Positions 1 through 13,185 of a DNA stretch of 64,000 nucleotides are shown here, one piece after another (the first letter of the stretch is position 1; the number at the start of each line of letters is the position of its first letter). The notes below the pieces were generated by a model, which was given only the letters and a program-made list of their open reading frames with translations, made no database searches and was not told where the DNA came from. Made by a program: the position numbers and the translations under genes. Source of the stretch: Eledone cirrhosa (lineage: Eukaryota); assembly GCA_964016885.1 (NCBI GenBank), contig OZ024740.1:28954001-29018000 (forward strand). Direction: 5' to 3'.

Positions 1-2880
1 ATCAGTTACTCTGCTAACGAAAAGATAATTTACTCTGCTGACAAAAGGATCAGTTACTCTGCTAACGAAAGGATTACTTACTCTGCTAACTAAAACTTCA
101 GTTAAACTGCAAACGAAAGGATCCGTTACACTGCTAACGAAAGGATCAGTTACTCTCCTAACGAAAGTATCAGTTACTCTGTTAACGGAAGGATCAGTTA
201 CTCTGATAACGAAAGGTTCAGTTACGCTGCTAATGGAAATTTTAGTTTCTGCGCTAATGAAAGGATTAGTTACTCTGCTAACGAAAGGATCAGTTACTCT
301 GCTAATCAGAGGATCAGTTACTCTGCTGACGAAAGTTTCAGTTACTCTGCTTACGAAAGGATCAGTTACTCTGCTAACGAAAGGATCAGTTACACTGCTA
401 ACGAAAGGATAAGTTACTCTGCTAACGAAAGATTCAGTTAATCTGCTATTGAAAGGTTTAGTCACTCTGCTAAAGAAAGTTTCAGTTACTCTGCTAATTA
501 AAGGATCAGTTACTCTGCTAACGAAAAGATGAGTTATTCTGTTAAAGAAAGGATCAGTTACTCTGCTAACGAAAGGAACAGTTACTCTCCTAACAAAAGT
601 ATCAGTTACTCTCCTAACGAAAGTGTCAGTTACTCTGCTAACGAAATGATCAGTTTCTCTGCTAATGAAGGGATCAGTCACTCTTCTCACGAAAGGATCA
701 TTTACTCTGGTAATGAAAGAATCAGTTATTCTGCTAACGAAAGGATCATTTACTTTTCTAACGAAAGGTTCAGTTACGCTGCTAATGGATGTTTCAGTTT
801 CTGTGCTAATGAAAGGATCAGTTACTCTGCTTACGAAAGGATCAGTTAGTCTGCTAACGAAAGGATCACTTACACTGCTAACGAAAGGATAAGTTACTCT
901 GCTAACGAAAGATTCAGTTAATCTGCTATTGAAAGGTTTAGTTTCTCTGCTAAAGAAAGTTTCAGTTACTCTGCTAATTAAAGGATCAGTTACTCTGCTA
1001 ACGAAAAGATGAGTTATTCTGTTAAGGAAAGGATCAGTTATTCTACTAACGAAAAGATAATTTACTCTGCTAACAAAAGGATCAGTTACTCTGCTAACGA
1101 AAGGATAAGTTACTCTGCTAACTAAAGATTCAGTTAAACTGCTAATGAAAGGTTTAGTTACTCTGCTAAAGAAAGTTTCAGTTACTCTGCTAATTAAAGG
1201 ATCAGTTACTCTGCTAACGAAAAGATGAGTTATTCTGTTAAAGAAAGGATCAGTTACTCTGCTAACGAAAGGAACAGTTACTCTCCTAACGAAAGTATCA
1301 GTTACTCTGCTAATGAAAGGATCAGTTACTCTGCTAACGAAATGATCAGTTACTCTGCTAACGAAAGCATCAGTTACTCTGCTAACGAAAGGATCAGTTA
1401 CTCTCCTAACGAAAGTATCAGTTACTCTGTTAACGGAATGATCAGTTACGCTGATAACGAAAGGTTCAGTTACGCTGCTAATGGAAGTTTCAGTTTCTGC
1501 GCTAATGAAAGGATTAGTTACTCTGCTAACGAAAGGATCAGTTACTCTGCTAATCAGAGGATCAGTTACTCTGCTGACGAAAGGTTCAGTTACTGTGCTT
1601 ACGAAAGGATCAGTTACTCTGCTAACGAAAGGATCAGTTACACTGCTAACGAAAGGATAAGTTACTCTGCTAACGAAAGATTCAGTTAATCTGCTATTGA
1701 AAGGTTTAGTTACTCTGCTAAAGAAAGTTTCAGTTACTCTGCTAATTAAAGGATCAGTTACTCTGCTAACGAAAAGATGAGTTATTCTGTTAAAGAAAGG
1801 ATCAGTTACTCTGCTAACTATAGGAACAGTTACTCTCCTAACGAAAGTATCAGTTACTCTGCTAATGAAAGGATCAGTTACTCTGCTAACGAAATGATCA
1901 GTTTCTCTGCTAATGAAAGGATCAGTTACTCTCCTAACGAAAGTATCAGTTACTCTCCTAACGAATGTGTCAGTTACTCTGCTAACGAAACGATCAGTTT
2001 CTCTGCTAATGAAAGGATCAGTTACTCTTCTCACGAAAGGATCAGTTAGTCTACTAACGAACGGTTCAGTTACTCTGCTAACGAAAGGATCAGTGACTCT
2101 GCTAACGAAAGGATAAGTTACTCTGCTAAATAAAGATTCAGTTAATCTGCTATTGAAAGGTTTAGTTACTCTACTAACGAAAGGAACAGTTACTCTGCTA
2201 ACGAAAGTTTCAGTTACTCTGCCTAATGAAAGGATTAGTTACTCTGCTAACGAAAAGATCAGTTACTCTGCTAACGAAAGGATCAGTTACTCTGCTAATG
2301 AAAGGATCAGTTACTCTGCTAATGAAAGGATCACTTATTCTGCTAACGAATGGATCAGTTACTCTGCTAACAAAGTTTCAGTTACTCTGCTAATGAAAGG
2401 ATCGGTTACTCTGCTAACGAAAGGATCAGTTACTCTGCTAACGAAATGTTCAGTTACTCTGCTAATGAAAGGATCAGTTACTCTGCTAACGAAAGGATCA
2501 GTTACTCTGCTAACGAAATGTTCAGTTACTCTGCTAACGAAAATTTCTGTTACTCTGCTAATGAAAGGATCAATTACTCTGCTAACGAAAGTTTCAGTTA
2601 CTCTGCTAATGAAAGGATCATTTACTCTGCTAACGAAAGGAACAGTTACTCTGCTACCGAAAGTTTCAGTTACTCTGCTAATGAAAGGATCAGTTACTCT
2701 GCTAACGAAAAGATCAGTTACTTTGCTAACGAAAGGATCAGTTACTCTGCTAATGAAAGGATCAGTTACTCTGCTAATGAAAGGATCAGTTACTCTGCTA
2801 TTGAAAGGATCAGTTACTCTGCTAACGAAAGGATCAGTTACTCTGCTAACGAAAGGATCAGTTACTCTGCTAACGAAATG
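1..2880. repeat. 24-bp minisatellite (ATCAGTTACTCTGCTAACGAAAGG)n, ~120 units, runs off the window start
   Basis: Direct tandem periodicity; the ERISYSAN/KGSVTLLT ORFs are 8-aa repeats of this unit. Confidence 0.97.
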
Positions 2881-2949
2881 AGAAGGTTTCCATGCTATTC
2901 CTGAATAGTCACACATGTTTATAGTTATATATATTAATTAGACGAGGGG

Positions 2950-3141
2950 ATTGTTGGATTGGCAGTATCGGTAGAGGGTCTGACGTCATGCTTTCCAGCA
3001 AAGAGTTACGTCCCTTTGCGGACTGAGTGCAAATCCCGCCGAGGTTATCTTTGCCTTTTATCCTTACGGGGTCGATAAAATAAAGTACCAGTAATGTACT
3101 GTGATTTTTGCTGGCCTTGTGCCAAAAGTAGAAACAATTAT
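2950..3141 (+). mobile_element. tRNA-derived SINE
   Basis: A-box-like TGGCAGTATCGG, B-box-like GAGTGCAAATCC, body GGGGTCGATAAAATAAAGTACCAG and end GCCAAAAGTAGAAACAATTA shared with copies at 17.4, 20.2, 47.7 and 50.6 kb. Confidence 0.9.
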
Positions 3142-3671
3142 TTCTTATTTCTGTTTTTATTCACAAATTTATAGATCTTCATAATATTGATTTATTGTGG
3201 AAGGTTTCAATTATATCTTCGATTTTGTACAACAGTTGAGATTGATTAAGTTACAATACAGAACCACGAACTTTGTGACAAAAGCGCAAACAGATATACA
3301 AATACATCCCAGCTCACTCATCAAGTGACATCTAGACACACATGCATACAGAACGCACTTTCACACACAGACACAAACATACACTTAAATCAGAAACATA
3401 CATACACTTACATCAGAAACATACATACCAAACAAGACAAATACAAGAAAGCACACACCCACACACATACACTCATCCCAATGTCATATACACAAATACA
3501 CACATAGATATACCCCTTTTATATTTTCCTTTTTATCCTGTAACTGCGGATGTAGTCGTGAGGGTGCTGCAGTGATATTCGACGTTTCTTGGGGATCTCG
3601 TCCCTCTCCAGGCCTGAGCAGAGTAGATTTCATCCAAAGGACAGAAAGTGAGAAAAAGATATAAAGGAAGA

Positions 3672-3822
3672 ATCGACTCCAGTACTAGATTGGAACTTTT
3701 TTATCGACCTCGAAAGGATGAAATGCAAAGTTGATTTCGGTGGGATTTGAAATGATAGAGCAGAAAGCTGGAATGAATGTCACGAAGCGTTCTATCTGAC
3801 GTTCTAGCGACTCAATTCACCG
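3672..3822 (-). mobile_element. Diverged tRNA-derived SINE
   Basis: Reverse-complement match to SINE core (TTTTATCGACCTCGAAAGGATGAAATGCAAAGTTGA...GGGATTTGAA). Confidence 0.65.
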
Positions 3823-4019
3823 ACATATACATAGATAAACACACACATATAGCTGCTGTGATATAGGATGTTCGGTGAGAATCTCTTGACTTGATGGCAG
3901 CCATAACAGAAAATGGCGACAGATGTGAAAAATTCGAAAAACGGCAAAATGGCGATTTAATGAAACGGATATACAACGTAAAATGAACAGGGGGGGGGGG
4001 GGGTGTTGTTAATAGTTGT

Positions 4020-4975
4020 CCTGGTGGTGGTCTTGTTGGTGGTGGTGGTGGTGGTGGTTGTGGTAGTGGTAGTGGTCGGGTGGTGGTGTGGGTGGTGGTG
4101 GTGTGGGTGGTGGTGGTGGTGATGATGGTTGTGGTGGTGGTGGTGGAGGCGGTGGTGTTAGTGGTGGTGGTGGTGGTGTTTGTGGTGGTGGTGGTAGTGG
4201 TGGTCGCGTTGGTGGTGGTGGTGGTGGTGGTGGTGTTGGTGATGGTGATGATGGTCGTGGTGGTGGTAGTGGTAGTGGTGGTGGTAGTGTGGTTGTTGGT
4301 GATGATGGTTGTGGTGGTTGTGGTGGTGTTGGTGATGGTGATGGTGGTTGTGGTTATGGTGTTGGTGTTGATGGTTGTGGTGGTGGTGGTGGTGTTGGTG
4401 TTGGTGGTGGTGATGATGGTTGTGGTGGTGGTGGTGGTGGTGTTGGTGACGATGTTTGTGGTGGTGGTGGTGGTGGTGTTGGGGATGATGGTTGTGGTGG
4501 TGATGGTGGTGGTGGTGTTTCTGATGGTGATGATGGTTGATGGTGGTGGTGGTGGTGCTGGTGATGATGGTTATGTTGGTGGTGATGGTGTTGGTGATTG
4601 TGATGATGGTTGTGGTGGTGGTGGTGGTGTTGGTGATGATGGTTGTGGTGGTGGTGGTTGTGGTGGTGGTGTTGGTGATGGTGATGATGGTGGTGGTGGT
4701 AGTGGTAGTGGTAGTGGTAATGGTAGTAGTAGTGGTGGTGGTTATGGTGGCGGTGGTGGTGTTGGTGGTGGTGTTGGTGATGATGGTTGTGGTGGTGTTG
4801 GTGATGATGGTTGTGGTGGTGGTGGTGGTGGTGATGATGGTTGTGGTAGTTTGGTGGTGTTGGCGATGGTGTTTGTGGTGGTGGTGGTGGTGGTGGTGGT
4901 GGTGGTGGTGGTGGTGTTAATGGTGAGGGTGTTGGTATGGTTGATTTGTGCACTGGCGGGTGGCGGGTGGGGGTT
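4020..4975. repeat. Degenerate (GGT)n/(GAT)n trinucleotide tract
   Basis: Low complexity; poly-V/G/H/P ORFs in all frames. Confidence 0.95.
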
Positions 4976-5699
4976 GTCAATTGCCATTATCTGCAAATGG
5001 TTTCCAGATAAATGTGGTGGGGAGAGGTTAGAATATGGTTAAGGGAGGGAATTTATGGGCGTAGAGTAAGAGTAATAGAGAGAGGGGTGAGGGAGAGGAT
5101 GAGAGAGAAAGCTGAAGAAGTGAAGTAAGGAAGAAAAAATGTGTGTGTGTGGTACGTGTTTTGTGTGTGTCTGTGTGCATCTGTTATGTATTTTGGCTGT
5201 GTGTGAATGCTAGATATATGTTTCTGTATATGTGTGTAGGGTTATTTGTGTATGTGTATATAGGGTTATCTGTTTGTGTATGTGTGTGTATTGTTATATT
5301 TTGGTATGTGTGTAGTGTTATTTGTGTACGTGTGTGTAGTGTTATTTGTGTACGTGTGTGTAGTGTTATTTGTGTATGTGTGTGTAGTGTTAATTGTGTA
5401 TATGTGTGTAGTGTTATTTGTGTATGTGTGTGAAGTGTTATGTGTGTATGTGTGTGTAGTGTTATTTGTGCATGTAGGGTTATGTGTTTGTGTTTTTGCC
5501 TAATGACTGTGTAATTATATTGTGTTTGTGTGCATGTGTGTGTGTGTATCCATGTGTATCTATGTGTGTGCGTGTATTGGATACAAGGTGTGTTTGTGTG
5601 AATCCACGTGTAAGCATGTATGTAGCTATGTGCACACGTATGTCCGTTTATATACACGTGTGTACGCGAGCGAATTTTCTGTGCTTTTGTGTGTATATG

Positions 5700-7220
5700 T
5701 ATTAGTGAGTATATGTATTAGTATGTATATGTATTAGTAAGTATATGTATTAGTGAGTATATGTATTAGTATGTATATGTATTAGTATGTATATGTATTA
5801 GTGAGTATATGTATTAGTATGTATATGTATTAGTGTGTATATGTATTAGTCAGTATATGTATTAGTGAGTATATATATTAGTATGTATATGTATTAGTAT
5901 GTATATGTATTAGTGTGTATATGTATTAGTGTGTATATGTATTAGTATGTATATGTATTAGTGTGTATTAGTATGCATATGTATTAGTATGTATATGTAT
6001 TAGTGTGTATATGTATTAGTGTGTATACGTATTTGTGTGTGTATTTATTAGTGTGTATATGTATTAGTGTGTATATGTATTAGTATGTATATGTATTAGT
6101 GTGTATATATATTAGTATGTATATGTATTAGTATGTATATGTATTAGTGTGCATATGTATTAGTGAGTATATGTATTAGTGTGTATATGTATTAGTGAGT
6201 ATATGTATTAGTGTGTATGTGTATTAGTGAGTATATGTATTAGTGAATATATGTATTAGTGTGTATATGTATTAGTGTGTATATGTATTAGTGTGTATAT
6301 GTATTAGTGAGTATATGTATTAGTGAGTATATGTATTAGTGTGTATATGTATTAGTGTGTATGTGTATTAGTATGTATATGTATTAGTAAGTATATGTAT
6401 TAGTGAGTATATGTATTAGTATGTATATGTATTAGTGTGTATTAGTATGCATATGTATTAGTATGTATTAGTATGTAAACGTATAAATATAGTCACTAAT
6501 ACATAAACACACTAATACATATACACACTAATACATATACTCACTAATACATATACACACTAATACATATACTCACTAATACATATACAGACTAATACAT
6601 ATACATACTAATACATATACTCGCTAATACATATACACACTAATACTTATATGTATTAGTGTGTATATGTATTAGTATGTATATGTATGATTGAGTATAT
6701 GTCTTAGTGAGTATATGTATTAGTGTGTATATGTATTAGTGTGTATATGTATTAGTATGTATATGTATTAGTGTGTATATGTATTAGTGTGTGTATGTCT
6801 TAGTGAGTATATGTATTAGTGTGTATATGTATTAGTGAGTATATGTATTAGTGTGTATATGTATTAGTGTGTATATGTATTAATGAGTATATGTATTAGT
6901 ATGTATATGTATTAGTGAGTATATATATTAGTGAGTATATGTATTAGTGTGTATATGTATTAGTGTGTATATGTATTAGTGTGTATATGTATTAGTGAGT
7001 ATATGTATTAGTGTGTATATGTATTAGTGAGTATATGTATTAATGTGTATATGTATTAGTCAGTATATGTATTAGTGTGTATATGTATTAGTGAGTTTAT
7101 GTATTAGTGTGTATATGTATTAGTATGCATATGTATTAGCATGTATATGTATTAGTGTGTATATGTATTAGTGTGTATATGTATTAGTGTTCATATGTAT
7201 TAGTGTGTGTATGTATTAGT
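5700..7220. repeat. 16-bp minisatellite (ATTAGTGTGTATATGT)n with an internal inverted block at ~6494-6646
   Basis: Tandem units; the block CACTAATACATATACA is the reverse complement of the unit. Confidence 0.95.
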
Positions 7221-7409
7221 TTGCATATGTGAGCGTCCATATGTGTGTACGTCTGTATGTGTCGATGGTACGTAAGTGTATGTATATGTATGAGTGTATG
7301 TATGTATATATGTATATATGTATATATGTATGTATATATGTATGTATGTTCTTATGTATATATGTATGTATGCTTGTATGTATATATGTATGCATATATG
7401 TATGTATAT

Positions 7410-7610
7410 AATGAAGGAATTGTGGTATGGAACCAGATGGACCATAACGCACCAAAGTACTCAATACTTAGGGTAGAAGAGTGGGTAATAGGAACGAGTA
7501 GGACCCCGACGTCTGAGCTCAAGCCGTTTCGACGGCTAATTCTGAACTCGAGTCCTGAATTAGCCGTCCTAACGGCTTGAGCTCAGCCCTGTCGGTCCTA
7601 CTCGTTCCTA
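7410..7610. mobile_element. Fold-back remnant of a putative PLE pseudo-LTR inside (TA/TG)n
   Basis: 7487-7610 is an imperfect palindrome (ATAGGAACGAGTAGGACC...GGTCCTACTCGTTCCTAT); 7410-7540 is homologous to the reverse complement of 60308-60453. Confidence 0.55.
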
Positions 7611-8186
7611 TGTATGTATATATATATATATATGTATGTATGTATGTATGTAAGTATGTATGTATGTATGTATGAAAGTATGTATGTATGGTGATGTGTG
7701 AGCTACGGAAATCTATGTTACTGGCCATACCATTGCAGTGACATCACGGTAGTTTGTCCGAGGACAGGAGGGGGAGGTCAAGAGTTAAGGTGGTAGTTAT
7801 AGGAAGTAGGGAGAGGGAAGAGGAAGAGATGGGGAGAGGTGGTAGTGAGGAAGGAGGTATACAGAGGACATTCCTGGAAGACAGGTGTCCGTTTTTGCAA
7901 AGAGAATCGCGCAGTTCCTTCTTTCTGACTCATCCTGCTTGTCGGCGTGTGTGTGTTTGTCCTTGGTGTGTGTGTGTTTGTGTGTGTGTGTATATATGTG
8001 TGTGTGTGTGTGTGTGTGTCCTTGTGTGTACGTATTTAATATATAAATATATATATTTACATACATATTTATATGTATGTATATATATATATTCATAAAT
8101 ATATATATATATGATATATATTTGCATATGCATACATGTATATATATATATGTGTGTGTCTTTGCATATGCATATATGTATATATA

Positions 8187-8226
<40 letters not shown>

Positions 8227-8584
8227 TGTGTGTGTGTTTGTGTGTGTTTGTGTGTGTTTGTGTGTGTGTGTATGTGTGTGAAAGACAGTGTGTGTGCGTG
8301 TGTGTGTGTGTGTGTGTTTGTGTACCGATTATTTTCTCATTTCTCTTCATCTTGTCTATCATCAGCACCACTCTGTATACAACAACAACAACAACAACAA
8401 CAGGATCAACAGCAGCAGCAGCATCAACAATAACAACGACAACAATGAGAACATGAAGATCGTCAAGATCTCTTATGCCAACAAAGGAGGCTTTAGATGG
8501 TCAATTGACATGCTGGAAATAGCAATGGAATCGGCCTCGATCACAAAATCACATATCTGATGATGTTGTCCTCAGTTTCATGCA

Positions 8585-8770
8585 CAGAGGATTGTCACGA
8601 CTGGAATGTATTTGATCATAAATCTCCTCGGTTAAAGCTAATCTGGAAGTAAACAGCACATCCACACGTTGACCTAATGGAGACCCTATCTAACAAGAAA
8701 CAGCAGCCAATTCTCCCTCGATTGATACTATTTCAAAAAAAGGTATTATATATAATGTAGTTCTAGGTTG
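8585..8770 (+). mobile_element. Fragments of a second, old SINE-like interspersed repeat
   Basis: GGAATGTATTTGATCATA and AGCAGCCAATTCTCCCTC resemble, from memory, an abundant cephalopod short repeat; not verified. Confidence 0.3.
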
Positions 8771-9038
8771 CCTTAAGGGCAAACTATTCCCGAATTCGGG
8801 GATGGTTTGCTATTAAAATAACATTAAATTAGCAGCCACAACGAACCAAATCTATCATCTATTCCCTGCTTGTGTACGCAATAATCCTGTTATTTAATAT
8901 AACTAATTCTGCAATCAACACCTTGTGAAGTCGCCTAAATCTTACATTATGATCGGGTGATTAAATTAGGCCATTGCATCGTGTTTTTGCGGAATTAAAA
9001 TGTTAAAGAAATCCTCCAGCTCGACCTTCTGTTGTTGT

Positions 9039-9094
<56 letters not shown>

Positions 9095-10105
9095 ATGTAA
9101 CGGCTTCAGAGAGGGAAGATCAACCACCAGTCACATCCTGATGCCGAGGAGGTTATTTGAGGGAGCTAGAACAAAGTGCCTTCTGCAGTCATCGTTTTCA
9201 TTGACTTTAGGAAGGCCTTTGATTTTGTGGACCGTCACTGCTCTACACCAACACCAAAGCCCAAGTCATTACATCTGATGGGATGACGGAGTTCTTTGAG
9301 ATACTGGCTGGAGTGCTCCAGGGCGATGCATTGGCTCCCTACCTTTTTATCATCGCAGTAGACTAGTGTATGCGCCTTGAGCTGGAGAAACACCAGCACT
9401 CTGGCTTTACTGTAACACCAGTTCAGAGCAGGAGAGTTAAGGCGAAAAAGATATCGAATGGTGAATTTACCGACGACATAGTTTTGGTGACAGACATAGT
9501 GAAGGAGGTAAGAAGTTGATGCAGGAGATGGAGACTGTGTCGATGAGGGCGGGGCTGAGAATGAATGAAATTAAGACGAAGTATCTGGTAGAGAATATTA
9601 AGCCAGAGAAGATTACTAATGCAGGTGGGAAGCCGCTAGAATTGGTTGAGGACTTCCTGTACTTGGGAGCAAATATTGCGTGCCACAGTTTGAGATCGGT
9701 GCGGATGTCGGACCTTCGTAAAGACCTGAAGATCCGTCTCTTCATTGCTGTAGTGGAGTCTGTGCTGCTGTACGGGTCTGAGACTTGGACATTGACCAAG
9801 AAACTCACTCAGATGGTGGATGGGTGCTACACGAGAATGCTGAGGATGGCTCTGAACATTAATCAGTATACACTGAGGATGAAGAACTCAGAGCTGTACG
9901 GGAGCCTCCCACAAGTCAGCTCAAAATTTACACAGAGGAGACTGAGGTTAGCTGGACATGCTCACCGACATCCAGAGTTGACATTGCACTCAGTGCTCCT
10001 GTGGGAGCCCCTGCATGCACACACTGGAAGAGGAAGACCGACGTTAACATATGTTGATGCCCTAAGAACAAAAACTGGTCTCTTGGAAATGCAGGACATG
10101 GCAGC
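9095..10105 (+). pseudogene. RTE-superfamily LINE reverse transcriptase fragment (frameshifted)
   Basis: GFREGRST, FIDFRKAFD, GVLQGDALAPYLFII, FLYLG, VESVLLYGSETW, RRLRLAGH, GRGRP. Confidence 0.85.
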
Positions 10106-10158
10106 GATAATAAGTTTAGGAATAACCAAAGAGTGCTTAGAAATACATTGTTTTATTT

Positions 10159-10203
10159 GCTAACAGTGTTTCATCCATACCCTACGGGAGGAATCATCGG
10201 AGC
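10159..10203 (-). ncRNA. Degenerate minimal hammerhead ribozyme in a putative PLE pLTR
   Basis: Minus strand GCT-CCGATGA-TTCC..GGAT-GAAA-CACTG-TT-AGC; core CUGAUGA mutated to CCGAUGA. Confidence 0.45.
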
Positions 10204-11087
10204 TTATAAACAAAAATATATCAAAGGTTGCAGGCTCCATCGAGCTCAGTCACCAGAACAAGTGCTGTATAGAACAACACACTATACATGATAGATATAA
10301 TGTCATTAACAAATTACATCAAAAGTTTATCACATAAATGGTGCAATAGATCTTAAGGAGGTTGAGAGAGGAGAGCAAGAAATGAATGAGGATAAAAAAA
10401 CAAAACAAAGCATAGATACATCAATTCACAAGCAGTTCAAATACATGATTTACAGGCAGAGTATGAAAAGAGAAGTTGGTTAGCTGTGGTGCAGCTTTAC
10501 AGGCAGGATTGTTTATAGGAAAGATGGTACACTCCAGTAGTATCGCCTTGTAACAGGTTGATTTCTCCATATCAGGCCACCACCCTCTATCCATTGGTTC
10601 CAGTTCCAAGCATTAGGCGACATAATACCAGGTTTCCAAACACATGCATAGAGGATTTCTCCACAGAGGCAGTCTGCAACAAATACCTTAAATCAAAAAA
10701 TAGAATACAATGAAGTGGGGTAAAGTAGAGTACATGCACTGCTGGCACTCCAATGAAGAAAGTGAAAATAAAACAGGTCCCCAATATCTGCTATCTCTTA
10801 AAGTCTTCACGTTCGGTTGCGCAACCCAACGTCCCACGTGAAATACACCGTATGGCCAAGTTGGCATCGAACTAAAGTACCATACCATATGTAAATATAG
10901 CACAGTAAATGCTATTCGTAATGGCTAGTCAGTCTCGTAGACAGAAAGCGTATATAGAAAACTCCGCTTATGGAAATACCTAGGGCAGAGAGAAGGAAAA
11001 GCAGTGATGGTTACGTTAATAGTCGAGCTTATTAGAATAAGTGTAAATTGTGTGTCTGTGCACATTAATATACTTGTCAACGAAACT

Positions 11088-11295
11088 ACAAGGGAGCACC
11101 CTCTCTCTGTGCTCCTGAGGAGAAGAGTTGCACACTTTTTCGGGGGTGCGACCCCCCAAAACGCCTCCTCCCTATTGAGGACTTTATTGTTAATTTTATA
11201 TTTGTTATTGTTTTTTTTTACTCGTTCTTTTGTGTAAACTCCCCCCTTTGTATTTGTCCCCTTCTTTTGCGCCCTCGTGGCAATAAATAGAAACA
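11088..11295 (+). mobile_element. Tx1-type LINE 3'UTR-only fragment ending in (TA)n
   Basis: Matches the 3'UTR of the 36.9-37.1 kb and 52.2-52.5 kb copies (GGGAGCACCC..CTCTGTGCTCCTGAGGAGA); ends CCCTCGTGGCAATAAATAGAAA. Confidence 0.8.
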
Positions 11296-11582
11296 TATAT
11301 ATATATATATATGTGTGTGTGTGTATGTGTGTGTGTCTGTGTGTGTGTGTGTAGGTGTGTGTGTGTCTGCGTGTGTGTATGTATGTGTGTGAGGGGGTGG
11401 AGTGTATGTGTGTGAGGGGGGTGTATGTATGTGAGGGGGGTGAGGGTGTAATGACAAATCTACATAACAATTATTCTCTTCATCTCTTTCTGTCTTTATT
11501 TTATTTCTCTCGATTTTTTTCTAAATTCTTCGACGCCATTCGCTTTATTTTTTCAATTATTTCCTATCCTGTGTGTTTACGT

Positions 11583-12093
11583 TATCATCAATCACCACCA
11601 TCATCATCACCATCACCACCTTCAACACCGTCATCACCATCACCATCACCATCACCATCATCACCACCATCACTACCATCACCATCACCAACATCACCAC
11701 CATCACCAACATCATCACCATCACCAACATCACCACCACCATCATCATCACCACCATCAACATCGTCATCATCACCATCACCATCATCACCACCACCATG
11801 ATCATCACCAGCATCACCATCATCACCATCACCTTCATCATCATCACCACTATCACCATCATCACCATCATCATCACCATCACCACCATCACCATCATCA
11901 CCATCATCAGCACCATCATCACCATCATCATCACCATCATCACCACCACCATCATCATCACCATCATCGTCATCATCACCATCATCACCATCACCATCAT
12001 CACCACCACCATCATCACCACCATCATCATCATTATCATCATCACCATCACCATCATCATCATCATCATTATCATCATCATCACTATCATCAC

Positions 12094-12155
<62 letters not shown>

Positions 12156-12258
12156 CCATCATCGTCATCATCATCGTCGTCATCATCGTCATCACCATCA
12201 TCATCATCGTCATAATCGTCATCACCATCATCACTATCATCACCACCATCATCACCAC

Positions 12259-12317
<59 letters not shown>

Positions 12318-12380
12318 CTATCATAATCACCATCATTATCATCATCGTCATCACTATCAGTATCATCATCAACATCGTCA
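11583..12380. repeat. (CAT)n/(CAC)n microsatellite
   Basis: Low-complexity trinucleotide tract. Confidence 0.95.
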
Positions 12381-12560
12381 TTTTGCCATCAATGTTAATA
12401 ATAATTATTATATGCTGCCCCAGCATGGCCTCAGCCGAAAATCTGATGTGTTAGGAAGAAATGGCCGCCATATTCGAAATCAGCAGCTCAAAATTAGCTA
12501 AAAACAACAACACTTCAGCAAAAACTGTGTTGACCAGAGTAACACTTGTCCACATTATCC

Positions 12561-12601
<41 letters not shown>

Positions 12602-13004
12602 TGTGTTTCAACACACTGATGTTCTTGTTCTTGGGGGTGGGGTTTTTTTGTTGTGGGCTGGCAGTTTGGGGTATTGAGGCCGCTGGCACTACACATTCCG
12701 ATTTGATGTTTTTGCTGTTGTTGCTGTTGTTGTTGCCCCCAATGCCACCATTTTCTTACGAGAGTGGACTGAAAAGTTATTAAACTATGAAGGAGTGATG
12801 TTAGAACTGTGAAATCTTACATACATTAATTTCAACTCTTCTTAATAATAACTGCAATGTTTCTTCCCAGGGATTATGTTGAAAATAAAACACATTTGGT
12901 CATTCCATTAGAGTATCTTGGTCAGCTTATGACCATTCAGTCAACCCTCGTACTAATTTATTAAAGTAATCACATCGGTATTCCTGATATCAAATATTAT
13001 TATT

Positions 13005-13185
13005 ACTGGTAGAATCGATAACAGATTTGGACACAATGTATTGCAATATTTATTCCGGTTAAGTTCTGAGTTCAAACACTGTCATGGTCAACCAGGCTCG
13101 ATAAAATAATGAATCAATCAAGTACTTGGGTCAATATAAAAGACATTCCGCTCCCCACAAATTGCTGGCCTTATGCCAAAGTTAG
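13005..13185 (+). mobile_element. Old diverged SINE
   Basis: TTCTGAGTTCAAA B-box, TCGATAAAATAA, AATTGCTGGCCTTATGCCAAAGTTAG tail. Confidence 0.6.

Noticed and set aside
529-2916. ERISYSAN repeat protein
   Set aside because: Several frames and both strands are open with scattered stops, as expected for satellite translation
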